64,000 nucleotides of DNA from Octopus vulgaris (GCA_951406725.2 OX597814.1:218488001-218552000); one strand, 5' to 3'. Counted from the stretch's first letter, positions 41,457 to 53,990 are shown. Numbers and translations: made by a program. The notes: generated by a model from the sequence alone, not told the origin.

Positions 41457-41748
41457 GGGTTCGTTTCTCATTGAAGGAGTCTACTTTGTAGCCACCACAA
41501 AACACATCGGATCTCCGTCAATCATTCATATCTGATCAACTATAAACGTGTAATATCGTAAAAACTTTCAAAGCCAACGACTTCTGTTTACATTTATAAT
41601 CATTGATAATCGATACATGAGCGGGTGTGGTGCTCTGATAATTCAATTAATTTAACGAAGCCTTCTCGTGGTGCGGACGACGACGACAACCACTGCCTGC
41701 TGTTAATTGCACAACTCAGCCGAGATATTTCATGAAGAAAAGCCACAG
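41457..41748 (+). other. Candidate 5' UTR exon of a plus-strand gene
   Basis: Acceptor gatttttctttcAG at 41456, donor CAG/GTGATA at 41748; upstream donor GTATGG at 41179; ATG at 41732 (MKKSH). Confidence 0.35.
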
Positions 41749-42335
41749 GTGATAAATCTCCTTATTTCATTGCTATCTTTCTTTATTAAATACATTTTCA
41801 GCCTTTTGATCCTGTTATGTTTCTAGGTAGACTCAGCAATTACGTGTTTTACCGAAAACTTAACTACACTTGGTTTAATTATCTATTTATCTATTTATCA
41901 TAGTATCAATTATATTACTGAAAGTATCAACGATTTACCTGTAAGGTATAAATGACTTTATCTCATAGACGTACGAACTAATTCAATTAATATTCATAAG
42001 GCTTCACACTCGCCCTCGAAATAACAACATCACAATGTAAAGAACTCGCTTCAATGTTTAATATAGTTTCCATTTATTTCGTTCGTACCATTGCAAACAC
42101 ACACACACACACGATCTATCTATCTATATATAGATATGTGTGTATTCATAATATAGGTGTATATATGTGTATAATACTCATTTATATGTAAGTACATATA
42201 TATAACGTTTCGGTATTAGTACATGACGTCAGACATGAGTTGTCAAACTGAAAGACAATGTCCACACATTCACTCTTGACGTCATAGACTTTTACCGAAA
42301 GATTGCCCTCCCACACACTAACATCTAAATATGTA

Positions 42336-42388
<53 letters not shown>

Positions 42389-42439
42389 TCATATTAAATA
42401 ATGAGGATCAAAATAATCCTGGCTGTTATCTTTAGAGTT

Positions 42440-43569
42440 GCATAACTACAGATTTCTGCTCCTTCACAACTTTGGATGATCATAACTTTCAGAAAAATGG
42501 ATATTTTTTAATGAAATTTACTACGAATATGTGTTACATCATGTATATTCCGAATATACAAAACTTTTGGGGACAGTCCTTTAGGAGGCGTGGGGTGGGA
42601 AATTTCGGAAAATTTCCCCGGAATCCACTTCAGTTCGTCTTAACTTTTAAGAAAATGAATATTTCTTAATGAAATTCTCTACGAATATACCTCGGACTTT
42701 GTAGATTCCGTGGACTTAGGAATTTTGTGGGAAAACAATTGTGGGTTATATTTTAGAACTGTTTCCCACTCAGGGTTGTTTCGGAACAAGTCGTCCATAT
42801 TTGTTTCATTTTCTCCGTTTTTTTTTTGCGTTTGTGCATCCGTAGATTTCTACTGAAGCAACAAACAGGCAAATGAAGCCCTCACCAGAAAACTCGTTAT
42901 GCTAAAAATAACAGCTAAAGGTCTGGTACACAGAAATATGTTATTAAGACTCATATCTGTTGTATACGATTTTTTTTTCACTTTAAGTAAATTCCCAAGT
43001 AAACGTTTCTAATAGAAAGGCAGAAGACACCAGAAGCAAAAATCAGGAATATACACACACAGTTAAATATACAAGTGTAAAGTATAATTCGTTGCATAAT
43101 CTCTATAATAAACATTGAATGGAATAATTCCCCGTTTGAACTTTTTTTAATTACAATGTGTGTGTGTGGTAGAAATCTACGGATGCACAAAACGGAGAAA
43201 ATGAAACAAATATGGACGACTTGTTCCGAAACACCTCCGATTGGGGAACGGTTCTCAAAAATAGCCCCAAATTGTTTTCCCACAAAATTCCTATGTCCTC
43301 AGAATCTTCGTAGTTCGAGGTATGTTTGTAGAGAATTTCATTAAAAATATCCATTTTCTTGAAAGTTAAGACGAATTGAAGTGGGCTCCAGTGAATTTTC
43401 CGAAATTCCCCCACCCCCACCCCTCCTAAAATACTTTTATCCCAAAGTTTTGTATATTCGGAATGTACATATATAACGCATATTCGCAGAAAATTTCATT
43501 AAAATATATCTATTTTTCTGAAAGTTATGATCATCTAAAGTCGGGTGGGGGCAGAAATCTGTAGTTATG
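42440..43569. repeat. Long inverted repeat (two ~400-bp arms around a ~315-bp spacer)
   Basis: 42440-42855 is the diverged reverse complement of 43170-43569. Confidence 0.85.
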
Positions 43570-43656
43570 TCCGTGGTAGTACCCAACCATATATAACTAA
43601 GGTAACGGGGTTCTCAAAAAGAAAGTGAATACGTCTAATTAGTTACTTGGTCAGTG

Positions 43657-43696
<40 letters not shown>

Positions 43697-43794
43697 TTGT
43701 TTGATTTCACTTTTCGATATCAGTGTCAATCGACACCGGAAAACGTATATGTATTTGTGAGGGAAACTGAATTCTTGTCGACAACTGTGATTGT

Positions 43795-43839
43795 CACACG
43801 CTGATGATAGGTAAACACCTTGAAACTCGAGTCCGTGTG
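43795..43839 (+). ncRNA. Type I hammerhead ribozyme motif (best conserved in the window)
   Basis: CACACG-CTGATGA-TAGGTAAACACCTT-GAAA-CTCGAG-TC-CGTGTG; 6-bp stem I, AGGT/ACCT stem II, palindromic ACTCGAGT stem III, GUC site after 43833. Confidence 0.8.
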
Positions 43840-44742
43840 TATCATGGGTTGAAGACGGGAAGGATGACTTCCCTTCACAAATACTGATAGGGCACAGATA
43901 GTGTGTCTATAGCCAGCTGGAGGAGGTATCTTCCTGGGCTACAAACTACAGTAGCATCCACCCTTAGGGGTTAGCCATATTCAAATGGCAAATATGCGTC
44001 ACGATATATATATATATATATGAAGATTAATTAATGTAGCACAAATTTATTATATATTACAATTGTTTCTGTACCATTTTGTTTCTAACCAGACTATGCA
44101 AATGATTCCGTGTGAAAAGTTGTGTAGTATGTATGGTATTGAAGTGACACTTCATCAGACTGGTATCAAGTCCACACGCACTATTGTCATCACTGGTTCA
44201 TTCATCTCTGCTTTGGAATGACACTGTATGCTCCATTGTGAATCACGTTACCCCCCTGTTATCAATTGATCTGTGAGAACAGGGGTCAGCCAACAAAGAA
44301 TGCTTCGTTTACAAAACTGTGCTGCAGCAGTCCTCCACAATGCTTAGCTACCCAGAAGCACTGGTTATCACTCTTATTTATATCCTCGTGCTGCGACGCT
44401 TACATCTAGATTTATGTGCATGTACCCATCAACATAAATCAACCAGTGAATAGAAAAAGTATATTTTCCTGTTGTTTTTATTATTTACTGATCATATGTT
44501 ATTCACTTTTACTCTAAATATTGTTCCAACCATGAAACAATATCATTATATGTGTTTAAAAACTGTTTGGAGGTGTTATTTGGATAAGTTAGTGGAGATA
44601 ATGTAGGGTCTTGGTATAAACCATATTTTCCCCATGTGTTTTATTTATCACTGTTTCACTTAACCATTCTGTAATGCAATCATTCTGTTGTTCCAGTCCC
44701 AAGTTCAATTCCAACTGTTGGGCAACTTGTCCCAAGGTTCTT

Positions 44743-45172
44743 ATCATCATCATCGTTTAGCGTCCGTTCTCCATTCTAGCATGGGTTGGACGGTTCGACT
44801 GAGGATCTGGGAAGCCAGAAGGCTGCACCAGGCCCAGTTTGATCTGGCAATGTTTCTACAGCTGGATGCCCTTCCTAACGCCAACCACCCCGTGAGTGTA
44901 GTGGGTGCTTTTTACGTGCCACCTGCACAGGTACCAGGCGAGGCTGGCATCGGCCACAGTCGGATTGGTGCATTTTACGTGCTACCTGCACAGAAGCCAG
45001 TCGAGGTGGCACTGGCTTTGGCCACGATTCGGATGGTGCTTTTTACATGCCACCCACACGGAAGCCAGTTGAGGCGGCGCTGGCATCAGCCACGATTCGG
45101 ATGGTGCTTTTTACGTATCTCCAGTCCAGGGGTCCTGGCATCTGCCGGGTGCCAGTCATAGGATTGGTTCAA
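44743..45172 (-). mobile_element. RTE LINE 3' UTR fragment
   Basis: Family homology. Confidence 0.78.
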
Positions 45173-45502
45173 TTTCTTATCTCTATGAAAAATTAATGAA
45201 GTTAGTGTCATTCGTCTCCCCCTTGATCTCTGCTGTCATCTGACAAACGCCAACCAAGATGGTGTGAATCAGCCAAGCTTTACCTGCTAGAAATAGCAAC
45301 CCAAATGCTTTTAAATCACATCCCAATGCTGGATGTTCAAAACCAAACGAAGGGCAACTTTCAATCCTGGGTTCATCCTGATTCCAAAAAGGTATAATAT
45401 GTCAATGTAGAACAAATGTTACTGAGATACAGGGGTCCCAGACAGACAGAATTTCACGTTTATTATTATTATATACACACACACATATACATACATATAT
45501 AT

Positions 45503-45535
<33 letters not shown>

Positions 45536-45536
<1 letters not shown>

Positions 45537-46037
45537 GGTGGCTGCACCCTCGTTATCGAGTATGGCCATTGCACGAAGCTCAATGTTGTTATCGTGCAAT
45601 GCCTGTGCAAGAAGATTTTTTTTAAAGTGAGGAAAGGCTGTGCACTGAGTCAATCCCACTCACTAAGCAACAGCAGCCATATTCCGAAAAAGAAGTACAA
45701 GTCAACATCATCGGTAACCACTGAGCCGCAGGTTTTATGTCGGAGTTATCCCAATTACCTGAGTTACCTTCTCCTAGAAGGATGCCCTAACAAAGGCCAG
45801 GAGTCCTTCACTCCCAATGGTTTAACCGCGCGATCGGGTATTCAGTCCGATTATTTCTATGTCCCCGCGCATGATACATCCTTAAAACATTTATTGGATG
45901 GCCGTTGACTCTCAAGAGTTCCTCCGTCCTTTGACGGGTTTTGTTTTTCATCCTGCAGGGTGTCCAATAAACACCTTCCTCACCAAGCAAGCCTGGTGGG
46001 GTTGCCGGTTTAGACGCTGATGACCCGACCATGCAAT
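45536..46037 (-). mobile_element. GC-richer non-autonomous element in a TA run, possibly derived from an RTE 5' UTR
   Basis: Minus strand contains TTAGGGCATCCTTCTAGGAGAAGGTAACTC, resembling RTE 5' UTR motifs; TA flanks. Confidence 0.45.
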
Positions 46038-46066
46038 ATCTATCTATCTATATATATATATATATA

Positions 46067-46112
<46 letters not shown>

Positions 46113-46479
46113 ATTTGTGTGTCTATGTTTGTCCCTCCACCATTGTTTGACATCCCCGTCACTTAGCGGTTCGGCAAAAGAGACCGATAGAATAAGTACT
46201 GGGCTTACAAAGAATAAGCCCTGGGGTCAGTTTGTTTGGCTAAAGGCAGTGCTCCAGCATGGTCGGCGTCAAATGACTGAAACAAGTAAAAGAAATTAAA
46301 AGAAATACACACACACACACACACACACACGTGTCTGACACGCTGAGCTATGGCTACAAACGATGACATATGAGTTTGTGTGTCTGTATACATATAAAAT
46401 ACACACACATACATGTCTATATTTACATGCACACATACATACACGTGGGTGTGTGTGTATATGTATATATACACTTTGT

Positions 46480-46865
46480 AGTGGAGGCGCAATGGCCCAG
46501 TGGTTAGGGCAGCGGACTCGCTGTCATAGGATCACAGTTTCGATTCCCAGACCGGGCGTTGTGAGTGTTTATTGAGCGAAAACACCTAAAGCTCCACGAG
46601 GCTCTGGCAGGGGATGGTGGTGATCCCTGCTGTACTCTTTCACCACAACTTTCTCTCACTCTTACTTCCTGTTTCTGTTGTACTTGTATTTCAAAGGGCC
46701 GGCCTTGTCACTCTCTGTGTCACGCTGTATATCCCCGAGAACTACGTTAAGGGTGCACATGTCTGTGGAGTGCTCAGCCACTTACACGTTAATATCACGA
46801 GCAGGCTGTTCCGTTGATTCGGATCGACCGGAACCCTCATCGTCGTAACCGACGGAGTGCTTCCC
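46480..46865 (+). mobile_element. SINE family B
   Basis: Full-length copy. Confidence 0.85.
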
Positions 46866-47174
46866 ACATATGTATATATACACTGTGTGATAATGACAAC
46901 CATTTTATAACTATCACACACTGTCAAGATAAGGAGACAAATACACACACACAGTCACCTGTACATGCATACATATAAGCAAACTTTGAAGTGGCCAGCG
47001 ATTTGGTGTTTTACAGAAAATAAATGAAGTCTTGAACACTGAAAAGCAGGGAAAACAGTTCAGAAGAAAGTGGCTAGTGAGTTGCTTCCGACAATCAAAT
47101 CCTCTGCCTTCCACGAGTGCTCAGTCCCATTAAGCTAAGTGACCTCTGACAACAGATACTGTCTTTTATAATCC

Positions 47175-47746
47175 TTTCCACTCTAGGCACAAGGCCTGAA
47201 ATATGAGGGAGGAGGGATAAGTTGATTACATCGACCCCAGTGCATAACTGGTATCTATTTCATCGACCCCGAAAGGATGAAAGGCAAAGTCAACCTTGGC
47301 AGAATTTGAACTCAGAATGTGAAGACATGAAATACCTATTTCTTAATTACCCACAAGGGGCTAAACACAGAGAGGACAAACAAGGACAGACATAGGTATT
47401 AAGTCGATTCCATCGACCCCAGTGCGTAACTGGTACTTAATTTATCGACCCCGAAAGGATGAAAGGCAAAGTCGACCTTGGTGGAATTTGAACTCAGAAT
47501 GTGAAGACATGAAATACCTATTTCTTAATTACCCACAAGGGGCTAAACACAGAGAGGACAAACAAGGACAGACATAGGTATTAAGTCGATTCCATCGACC
47601 CCAGTGCGTAACTGGTACTTAATTTATCGACCCCGAAAGGATGAAAGGTAAAGTCGACCTCGGCGGAATTTGAACTCAGGAATGTGAAGACAGATGAAAT
47701 ACCACTAAGCATTTCGCCCAGCGTGCTAACGATTCTGCCAGCTCGT
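47175..47746 (-). mobile_element. SINE family C with a tandemly repeated ~180-bp internal unit
   Basis: CATCGACCCCAGTGC...GAAAGGATGAAAGG..AAGTC occurs three times at ~180-bp spacing. Confidence 0.8.
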
Positions 47747-48457
47747 CTTTTATAAGGCTAAATAATAGCTATTGGAGTGTAAGACCATTTTTATAAAATA
47801 ACTATATCTCTTTTTCTAGTGCCATTCCAGTCAGGCTCTCCCCATCTACATATTGCATGAGGAGTTGGGTTAACCCTAAATCTTCTATTCTGTCCACAGT
47901 CCCTCTTTTCACTCTGTGATTCAGTCTCACAAATACCTGAAACATCTCTCTCCCTGATTAGTATCCTGTCAGACTGTTCAGTCCATGCCAGCATGTAATA
48001 GAGATATAAAATGATGATGGTGATTAAATGAATGTATGTATGTATGTGTGTATGTATACATAATTGTGTATGTACACATGTTTATCTACATACATATACG
48101 ATTATATGTATACCTATACGTAGGAGTGGCTGTGTGGTAAGTAGCTTGTTACCAACCACATGGTTCCGGGTTCAGTCCCACTGCATGGCACCTTGGGCAG
48201 GTGTCTTCTACTGTAGGCTCGGGCCGACCAAAGCCTTGTGAGTGGATTTTGTAGACGGAAACTGAAAGAAGCCTGTCGTATATATGTATATTTTTTTTTT
48301 TTTTTTTTTTTTTGTATTTGTTTCAGTCATTTGACTGCGGCCATGCTGGAGCACCACCTTTTGAGTACAGCAGGGATCACCACCTCCTGCCGGAGCCTCG
48401 TGGAGCTTTTAGGTGTTTTTTCGCTCAATAAACACACACAACGCCCGGTCTATATAT

Positions 48458-48776
48458 AAAGACCCCCTTCGGTCATGAGTGACCATGGGTTTGCACCTAG
48501 AGAGTTACCCTCTGAGGCACAAGTCTGGGCAAGGTTGTTTTATGGAAGACCAGTAGTTGCCCATGCATACCAGCCTCCCCTCTCCACGCCACCAGTGTTA
48601 TCCAAGGGAAAGACAAAGGTCGATACAGCTTGGCACCTGTGATGTCGCAACTCATTTCTACAGCTGAGTGAACTGGAGCAACGTGAAATAAAGTGTCTTG
48701 CTCAAGAACACAACACGCAGCCCGGTCCGGGATTCGAGCTCACAACCTCACGATCGTAAGCTCGACGCTCTAACCA

Positions 48777-48780
<4 letters not shown>
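48458..48780 (-). mobile_element. tRNA(Arg)-like SINE with CORE-like domain and RTE-related tail
   Basis: Minus strand CAGTGGTTAGAGCGTCGAGCTTACGATCG...CTCGAATCCCGG head. Confidence 0.7.
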
Positions 48781-48822
<42 letters not shown>

Positions 48823-50069
48823 TGTGTGTGTTTGTGTGTCTGTGTGTGTCCCCCTAGCATTGCTTGACAACCAATGTTGGTGTGTTTATGTCCCCGTTAC
48901 TTAGCGGTTCGGCAAAAGAGACCGATAGAATAAGTACTGGGCTTACAAAAGAATAAGTCCCGGGGTCGAGTTGCTCGACTAAAGGCAGTGCTCCAGCATG
49001 CCCGCAGTTAAATGACTGAAACAAGTAAAAGAGTAAAAGAGATATATAAATTTGTGTGTGTGTGTGTGTATACGGAAATACACACACTCATACATACACA
49101 ATATCATCCTCTTCATTTCAAAATCTGTTCTTCCATGTTTGTATTTGTATTGGCCAACTGAAACTATATACACTCTCTCTATATGTGTGTATGCATGTAA
49201 AGATATGCATATGTATGTGTGTGTGTGTATATATATATATATATGCATGTGTGTGTGTGAATGTGTGATCATCATCATTGTTTGATGATGACACGTGTGT
49301 GTATGATACAGATGTATTTATATAGCTCAGTATGTAAAGAATATATTTTATATAGCTCAGTATGTAAAGAATATATAAACACATTATATACAACTATATA
49401 TATATATATATCTGTATACGTGTTTGTATGTGTCATTCATAAGGAATGGAGTTGAGTCATCAATCGTACACACTCTCACCACACCAAGTCAGAGTTGGGT
49501 CAGAAATCAATTCATAGCATTACACAAAGGCGATTATTTAGTTATATTCTGTCACTGTATTTTCTCTGCTGCAATATAATCTTCGTTTCTTTGTATTGCT
49601 GAAAGAAATGACTATATTTCATTCTAAAGACATAGAATTGTTTGGATCTCAGTATTATGGCATTGCATTGCAGGCTATTCACTGCACCAAGATCACATTC
49701 AGCCAGCAACATGTCACCTCTCGGCTGTTAAGAATTGTTTCGGTAGCAATGAAAAAAGAAAAAAAAAAAGATAGAAAGAAAGAAAGAAAGAATGAAAAGA
49801 CATTTCCTGTGGTAGTTTCTCTACTTGGACATAACACAGTTCACTGAGTCTAATTATGTTGTTGACTATATTAGGATCAGAGAGAGAGAGAGAGAGGCTG
49901 GTCGCTGACACTTTTATGCGTTGCCAAAAACTCTTCCAGCAATGAAACCCACTGGAAAATGTCCTGCTATGTTAAAGTTCTTCTCTCAACACCTGTACTA
50001 GCTTTCTGCAGGTGTTCAACCCTTTAACATTCCGATTACTCTGTCAAATGCAAAGTTCATTTATTTACA

Positions 50070-50467
50070 CTCTCTTTACTCTTCTACTCGTTTCAGTCAT
50101 TTGACTGCGGCCATGCTGGAGCACCGCCTTTAGTTGAGCAAATCGACCCCGGGACTTATTCTTTTGTAAGCCCAGTACTTATTCTATCAGTCTCTTTTGC
50201 CGAACTGCTAAGTAACGGGGACGTAAACACACCAGCATCGGTTGTCAAGCAATGCTAGGGGGACAAACACAGACACACACACACATTTATATATACATAT
50301 ATACGACGGGCTTCTTTCAGTTTCCACCTACCAAATCCACTCACAAAGCATTGGTCGGCCCGGGGCTATAGCTGAAGACACTTGCCCAAGGTGCCACGCA
50401 GTGGGACTGAACCCAGAACCATGTGGTTGGTAAGCAAGCTACTTACCACACAGCCACTCCTGCGCCT
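50070..50467 (-). mobile_element. SINE family A
   Basis: Full-length copy. Confidence 0.85.
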
Positions 50468-50691
50468 GTTTAGAATTATTCATGCATTATCTTGTAACTT
50501 TGAGATTTTGATAGTGTGACTGTTTAGTTTTAGAATGACATTGTCGGGTAGGTGTAAGAAGCAGGAACTGGCCAGTTTCTACCTAAAACAGGTAGAATTT
50601 CTTGACCAGATATTGGTAGTCAAAATGTTAAGTGGGTAATCTATAAACCCCGATTCTAAATTTGAATATACAAATGCTTGTAAACAGATCT

Positions 50692-50757
<66 letters not shown>

Positions 50758-50906
50758 ATGTGTGTGTGTGTGTATATATTTGTGTAGAGCAGTGGTTCCC
50801 AGCCATTTTTTTTTTACCTATGATCCCATTAGAAATCTATTTTATTCAGGTGAACCCTTGTAGCCATTTAGTGTTTTAAAATTCCTACTATATTTTTATA
50901 ATGAAA

Positions 50907-51306
50907 CTAGCAGTATCGCCCGGCGTTGATCGGGTTTGTAAGGGAAATAACTATATAAGCACTTTTAGAGATGTAAAGTATAATAGCCATTTCAATATGG
51001 CTAACCGCAAAGGGGGGTGGGGTGTTACTGTAGCTTTTTATGTTCTGAGATTTAATAATACATTTTTAGAGAGTTACTTCCCTTATATATGCCAAAAATG
51101 CATTAAAAATGGGAAAAATTGATGGTAAATTTTTTTTAAAATTGTAGACTCATCGTAGAAGCGTGCTAATACCCAGAAGGGCTCGATATGAATCACAACT
51201 ATAAGATACCCGGTTTTGGTTAAACTGCACTGCAAAATGTGGGAGTAGTTAGGAATCTAAATCGTTGGAGACAGACAGCACACAACCTCACTTTTATATA
51301 TAAAGA
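50907..51306 (-). mobile_element. Non-autonomous Helitron nested in a hAT-like MITE
   Basis: Minus strand 5' TC(TTTATATATAAAAG), 3' CTAG preceded by hairpin CCCGATCAACGCCGGG, inserted between A and T. Confidence 0.75.
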
Positions 51307-51499
51307 TATCATTAGGAATTTTATTAAAAGAAATTGTTGAAATATTTTGTGTCTTGTAGAAGTACAAGCAATTTATGGCAGATAAATTTTAACAACATCT
51401 TATGGAGCCCTGTTGAGAACCAAGGATGTAGAGCTTTCAAGAGCCACGGGCACAACCACACATCCTCTGAATAATATTTTGAAAGAATATTATTGAATG

Positions 51500-52125
51500 G
51501 TTTCTTTTCAACAATAGCAAGTGTTCTGCATGGTGATCAGATAAAGACGAAGTGCGAAAAGAGAATATTCACCAAAAAAGCTAATGGTGTCTGTTTTGTG
51601 GTCCAGCGCTGGTGTCATATTCTACAGCTTCATAAGACCTGGTAAGTCAATTACAGCAGATGTATACATCAACCAGTTGGATGAAATGTTGAGTGAACTT
51701 GCAATTAAACAACCGAGATTGGTCAATAGAGGCAGGTCAATTCTCTTGCAAGACAATGCTTGACCACAAGTTGCACAAAGAACGCTACTCAAGTTACAAG
51801 AACTCAACTTGGAAGTACTCTGTCATCTACCATATTCATCAGACCTTGCACTAACTGACTATCATGTTTTCCAGGCATTAGACTACATTTTGCAAGGAAA
51901 AATCTTCAAATCTGAAGAAGATGCAAAAACAGCCTTTCCTGATTTCCTCACCTCTTCCTCTCCAGAATTCTTTGCTGCTGGCATAAATAAGCTACCAATA
52001 AAATGGCAAAATTGTGTTGATAATTTAGGTGCATACTTTGATTAACTGCATTGCTTTTTGTTGAGATAAAGTAAAATAAACTTTCAATTCAAAATTAGAC
52101 ATTTCATTCTTAATGATCTGATATA
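51500..52125 (+). pseudogene. Mariner (DD34D, cecropia/Hsmar1-like) transposase remnant
   Basis: KKLMVSVLWSSAGVI...ILLQDNA*PQV...LCHLPYSSDLALTDYHVF...GINKLPIKWQNCVDNLGAYFD*; internal stop. Confidence 0.9.
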
Positions 52126-52665
52126 TATATATTATTTTATTTTAGTGTGTTTATAATGTGGGTGTATGTGCATATGCATATATATATATATATATATATA
52201 TATAAAGGCAAGCAGAGTTAGTGGTTGTAGTAACTGACTAAGGGATAAAAATATCCGTATTTACTATCTGTGCAGGTATCAATTACCTGTGCTATCCCTG
52301 GGCATGGCATGCAGGCACCCACTACATGCTGGCGTTAGGGTAAGGGTAACTACAGAATAAACAAAAGTTGGGCAGAAATCATATTTAACCCATGCTAGCA
52401 TGGAAAACGGACGTTAAACGATGATGATGATGATGATGATATAAAATGATGATGGTAAGAAGTGTTAGTGGTTGTAGTAACTGACTAAGGGATAAAAATA
52501 TCCGTATTTACTATCGGTATCAATTACCTGTGCTATCCCTGGGCATGGGTATGCAGGCACACTATGCTCATAGGGTACAGGTAACTACAGAATAAACAAA
52601 AGTTTATCAGAAATCAAATTTAAATATTCAGAAAATGGAGTGAATACATATGCGTACAATGTATT

Positions 52666-52778
52666 AACTCTGATGAAGCTCCATGTACTAGATCGATGTG
52701 CTATGAAGATAACAAATATTATTTTCTAAATTCTTTTGTAAGCACCAACTCATATTGGAAGCAGAAACAGCCGTAAGA
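52666..52778 (+). ncRNA. Degenerate hammerhead motif with extended stem-loop II
   Basis: CTGATGA at 52670, GCTCCA/TGGAAGC stem, GAAA-CAGCCG-TA at 52764-52775; stem I only 2 bp. Confidence 0.35.
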
Positions 52779-52952
52779 AATGCTATGTCACAGAAATGTT
52801 ATGTCATGTTTTGTATTAAAAAAATAATCTACTTATGTGGCCCAATTTGTTTGTTGATCAAAAGTTTCCTCCATTTTCTGATTATTTAAATTATATACAT
52901 ATATATATATATTCCCTCTGTCCTCCCACCTCGGCATCTTTCTTTCTCCTAT

Positions 52953-52987
52953 GTTTCCGACGAAGAGCTCTGCTCGAAACGTCATAC
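52953..52987 (+). ncRNA. Mutated hammerhead motif, homolog of 37902-37936
   Basis: GTTT-CCGACGA-AGAGCTCTGCTC-GAAA-CG-TC-ATAC (T-to-C change in the core). Confidence 0.5.
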
Positions 52988-53079
52988 TCTCCTTCTTCCC
53001 TTTTTTCCTGAGCGCCCAATAATACTTTAATTGTTCCACATCCTCGCGTTGTTGTCTTTTTGTTTTCTTGTTTGGATTA

Positions 53080-53126
<47 letters not shown>

Positions 53127-53527
53127 CAAGCATGTGACATCAGTAATTATTCAGGGTAGGCAGTTGGTAATGTTTATGCAGTAAAACACACTTAAAAAAT
53201 AAGTGAAACACTGGCACGCAACTGAGTTGGAGGCATATTTACTTCTGCCTTTATAACGCGCAAAGGAAACATTGTTGTAGGAGTGTACGCAGCATGTGTA
53301 CCACAGCAGTTCTATGTGTAGCTTTAATGCTGAGATTGAAAGGCAGGGGCAAACTATGCTTACCTAATCTACAAAAAAATAAAATAGTTTGCATTTTATG
53401 CATAGTAATCAGAGTAACCTTCATAATTTTATTGACTTAGGTGCATATTTTGCCATAAAAAGAAAATGCTACTGTCGATCTAGTTTATTCAGGGTAGGCA
53501 CTGCCTATCCAGGCACCATACACACAC

Positions 53528-53562
<35 letters not shown>

Positions 53563-53890
53563 GTAATGGTTGTTACCACCTCAATGTAGTTGTTCCATAC
53601 AAAACACTATTACTACTCTTTTTAACCCCAGGTGGACATCTCCTCCAGCTGGTTAATGACACATTATTTGTGTCTGTTATAACCAGTACCAATGAAGGGT
53701 TATACCCAGAAACCAGCTGGTTATTGGTTCTTGTCGGTGCTAGATGGGAGTTATTTGCTCCCTCGTTTGCAACATAACAGACACAAATAGTGTGTCATTA
53801 ACCAGCTGGAGGAGATGTCCTCCTGGGGTTAAAAAGAGTAGAACAGTGTTCTGTATGGAACAACCATGTTGAGGTGGTATCAACCATTAC
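53563..53890. repeat. Inverted repeat (arms about 117 bp) enclosing a degenerate hammerhead motif, next to a TA run
   Basis: 53563-53680 vs 53775-53890; loop AACCAGTA-CCAATGA-AGGGTTATACCCA-GAAA-CCAGCTGG-T-TATTGGTT. Confidence 0.8.
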
Positions 53891-53990
53891 TTTTTCGTAG
53901 AGTTACTACTTGCATCTCATATAGAGATTTTAGAATCAGCTACTTTGCTGGATGTAAGATCAGGTGAAGTGAAGAGTGTTAGCATTGTCT

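Noticed and set aside
42200-42236. Minus-strand hammerhead-like motif ATGT-CTGACGT...GAAA-CG-TT-ATAT
   Set aside because: Core has CTGACGT instead of CTGANGA and stem II is irregular; too degenerate to call
48560-48650. Twister-like motif (GGTGCCAAGC...GGAGAGGGG) in the SINE tail
   Set aside because: Only loose resemblance; pseudoknot pairings could not be assigned
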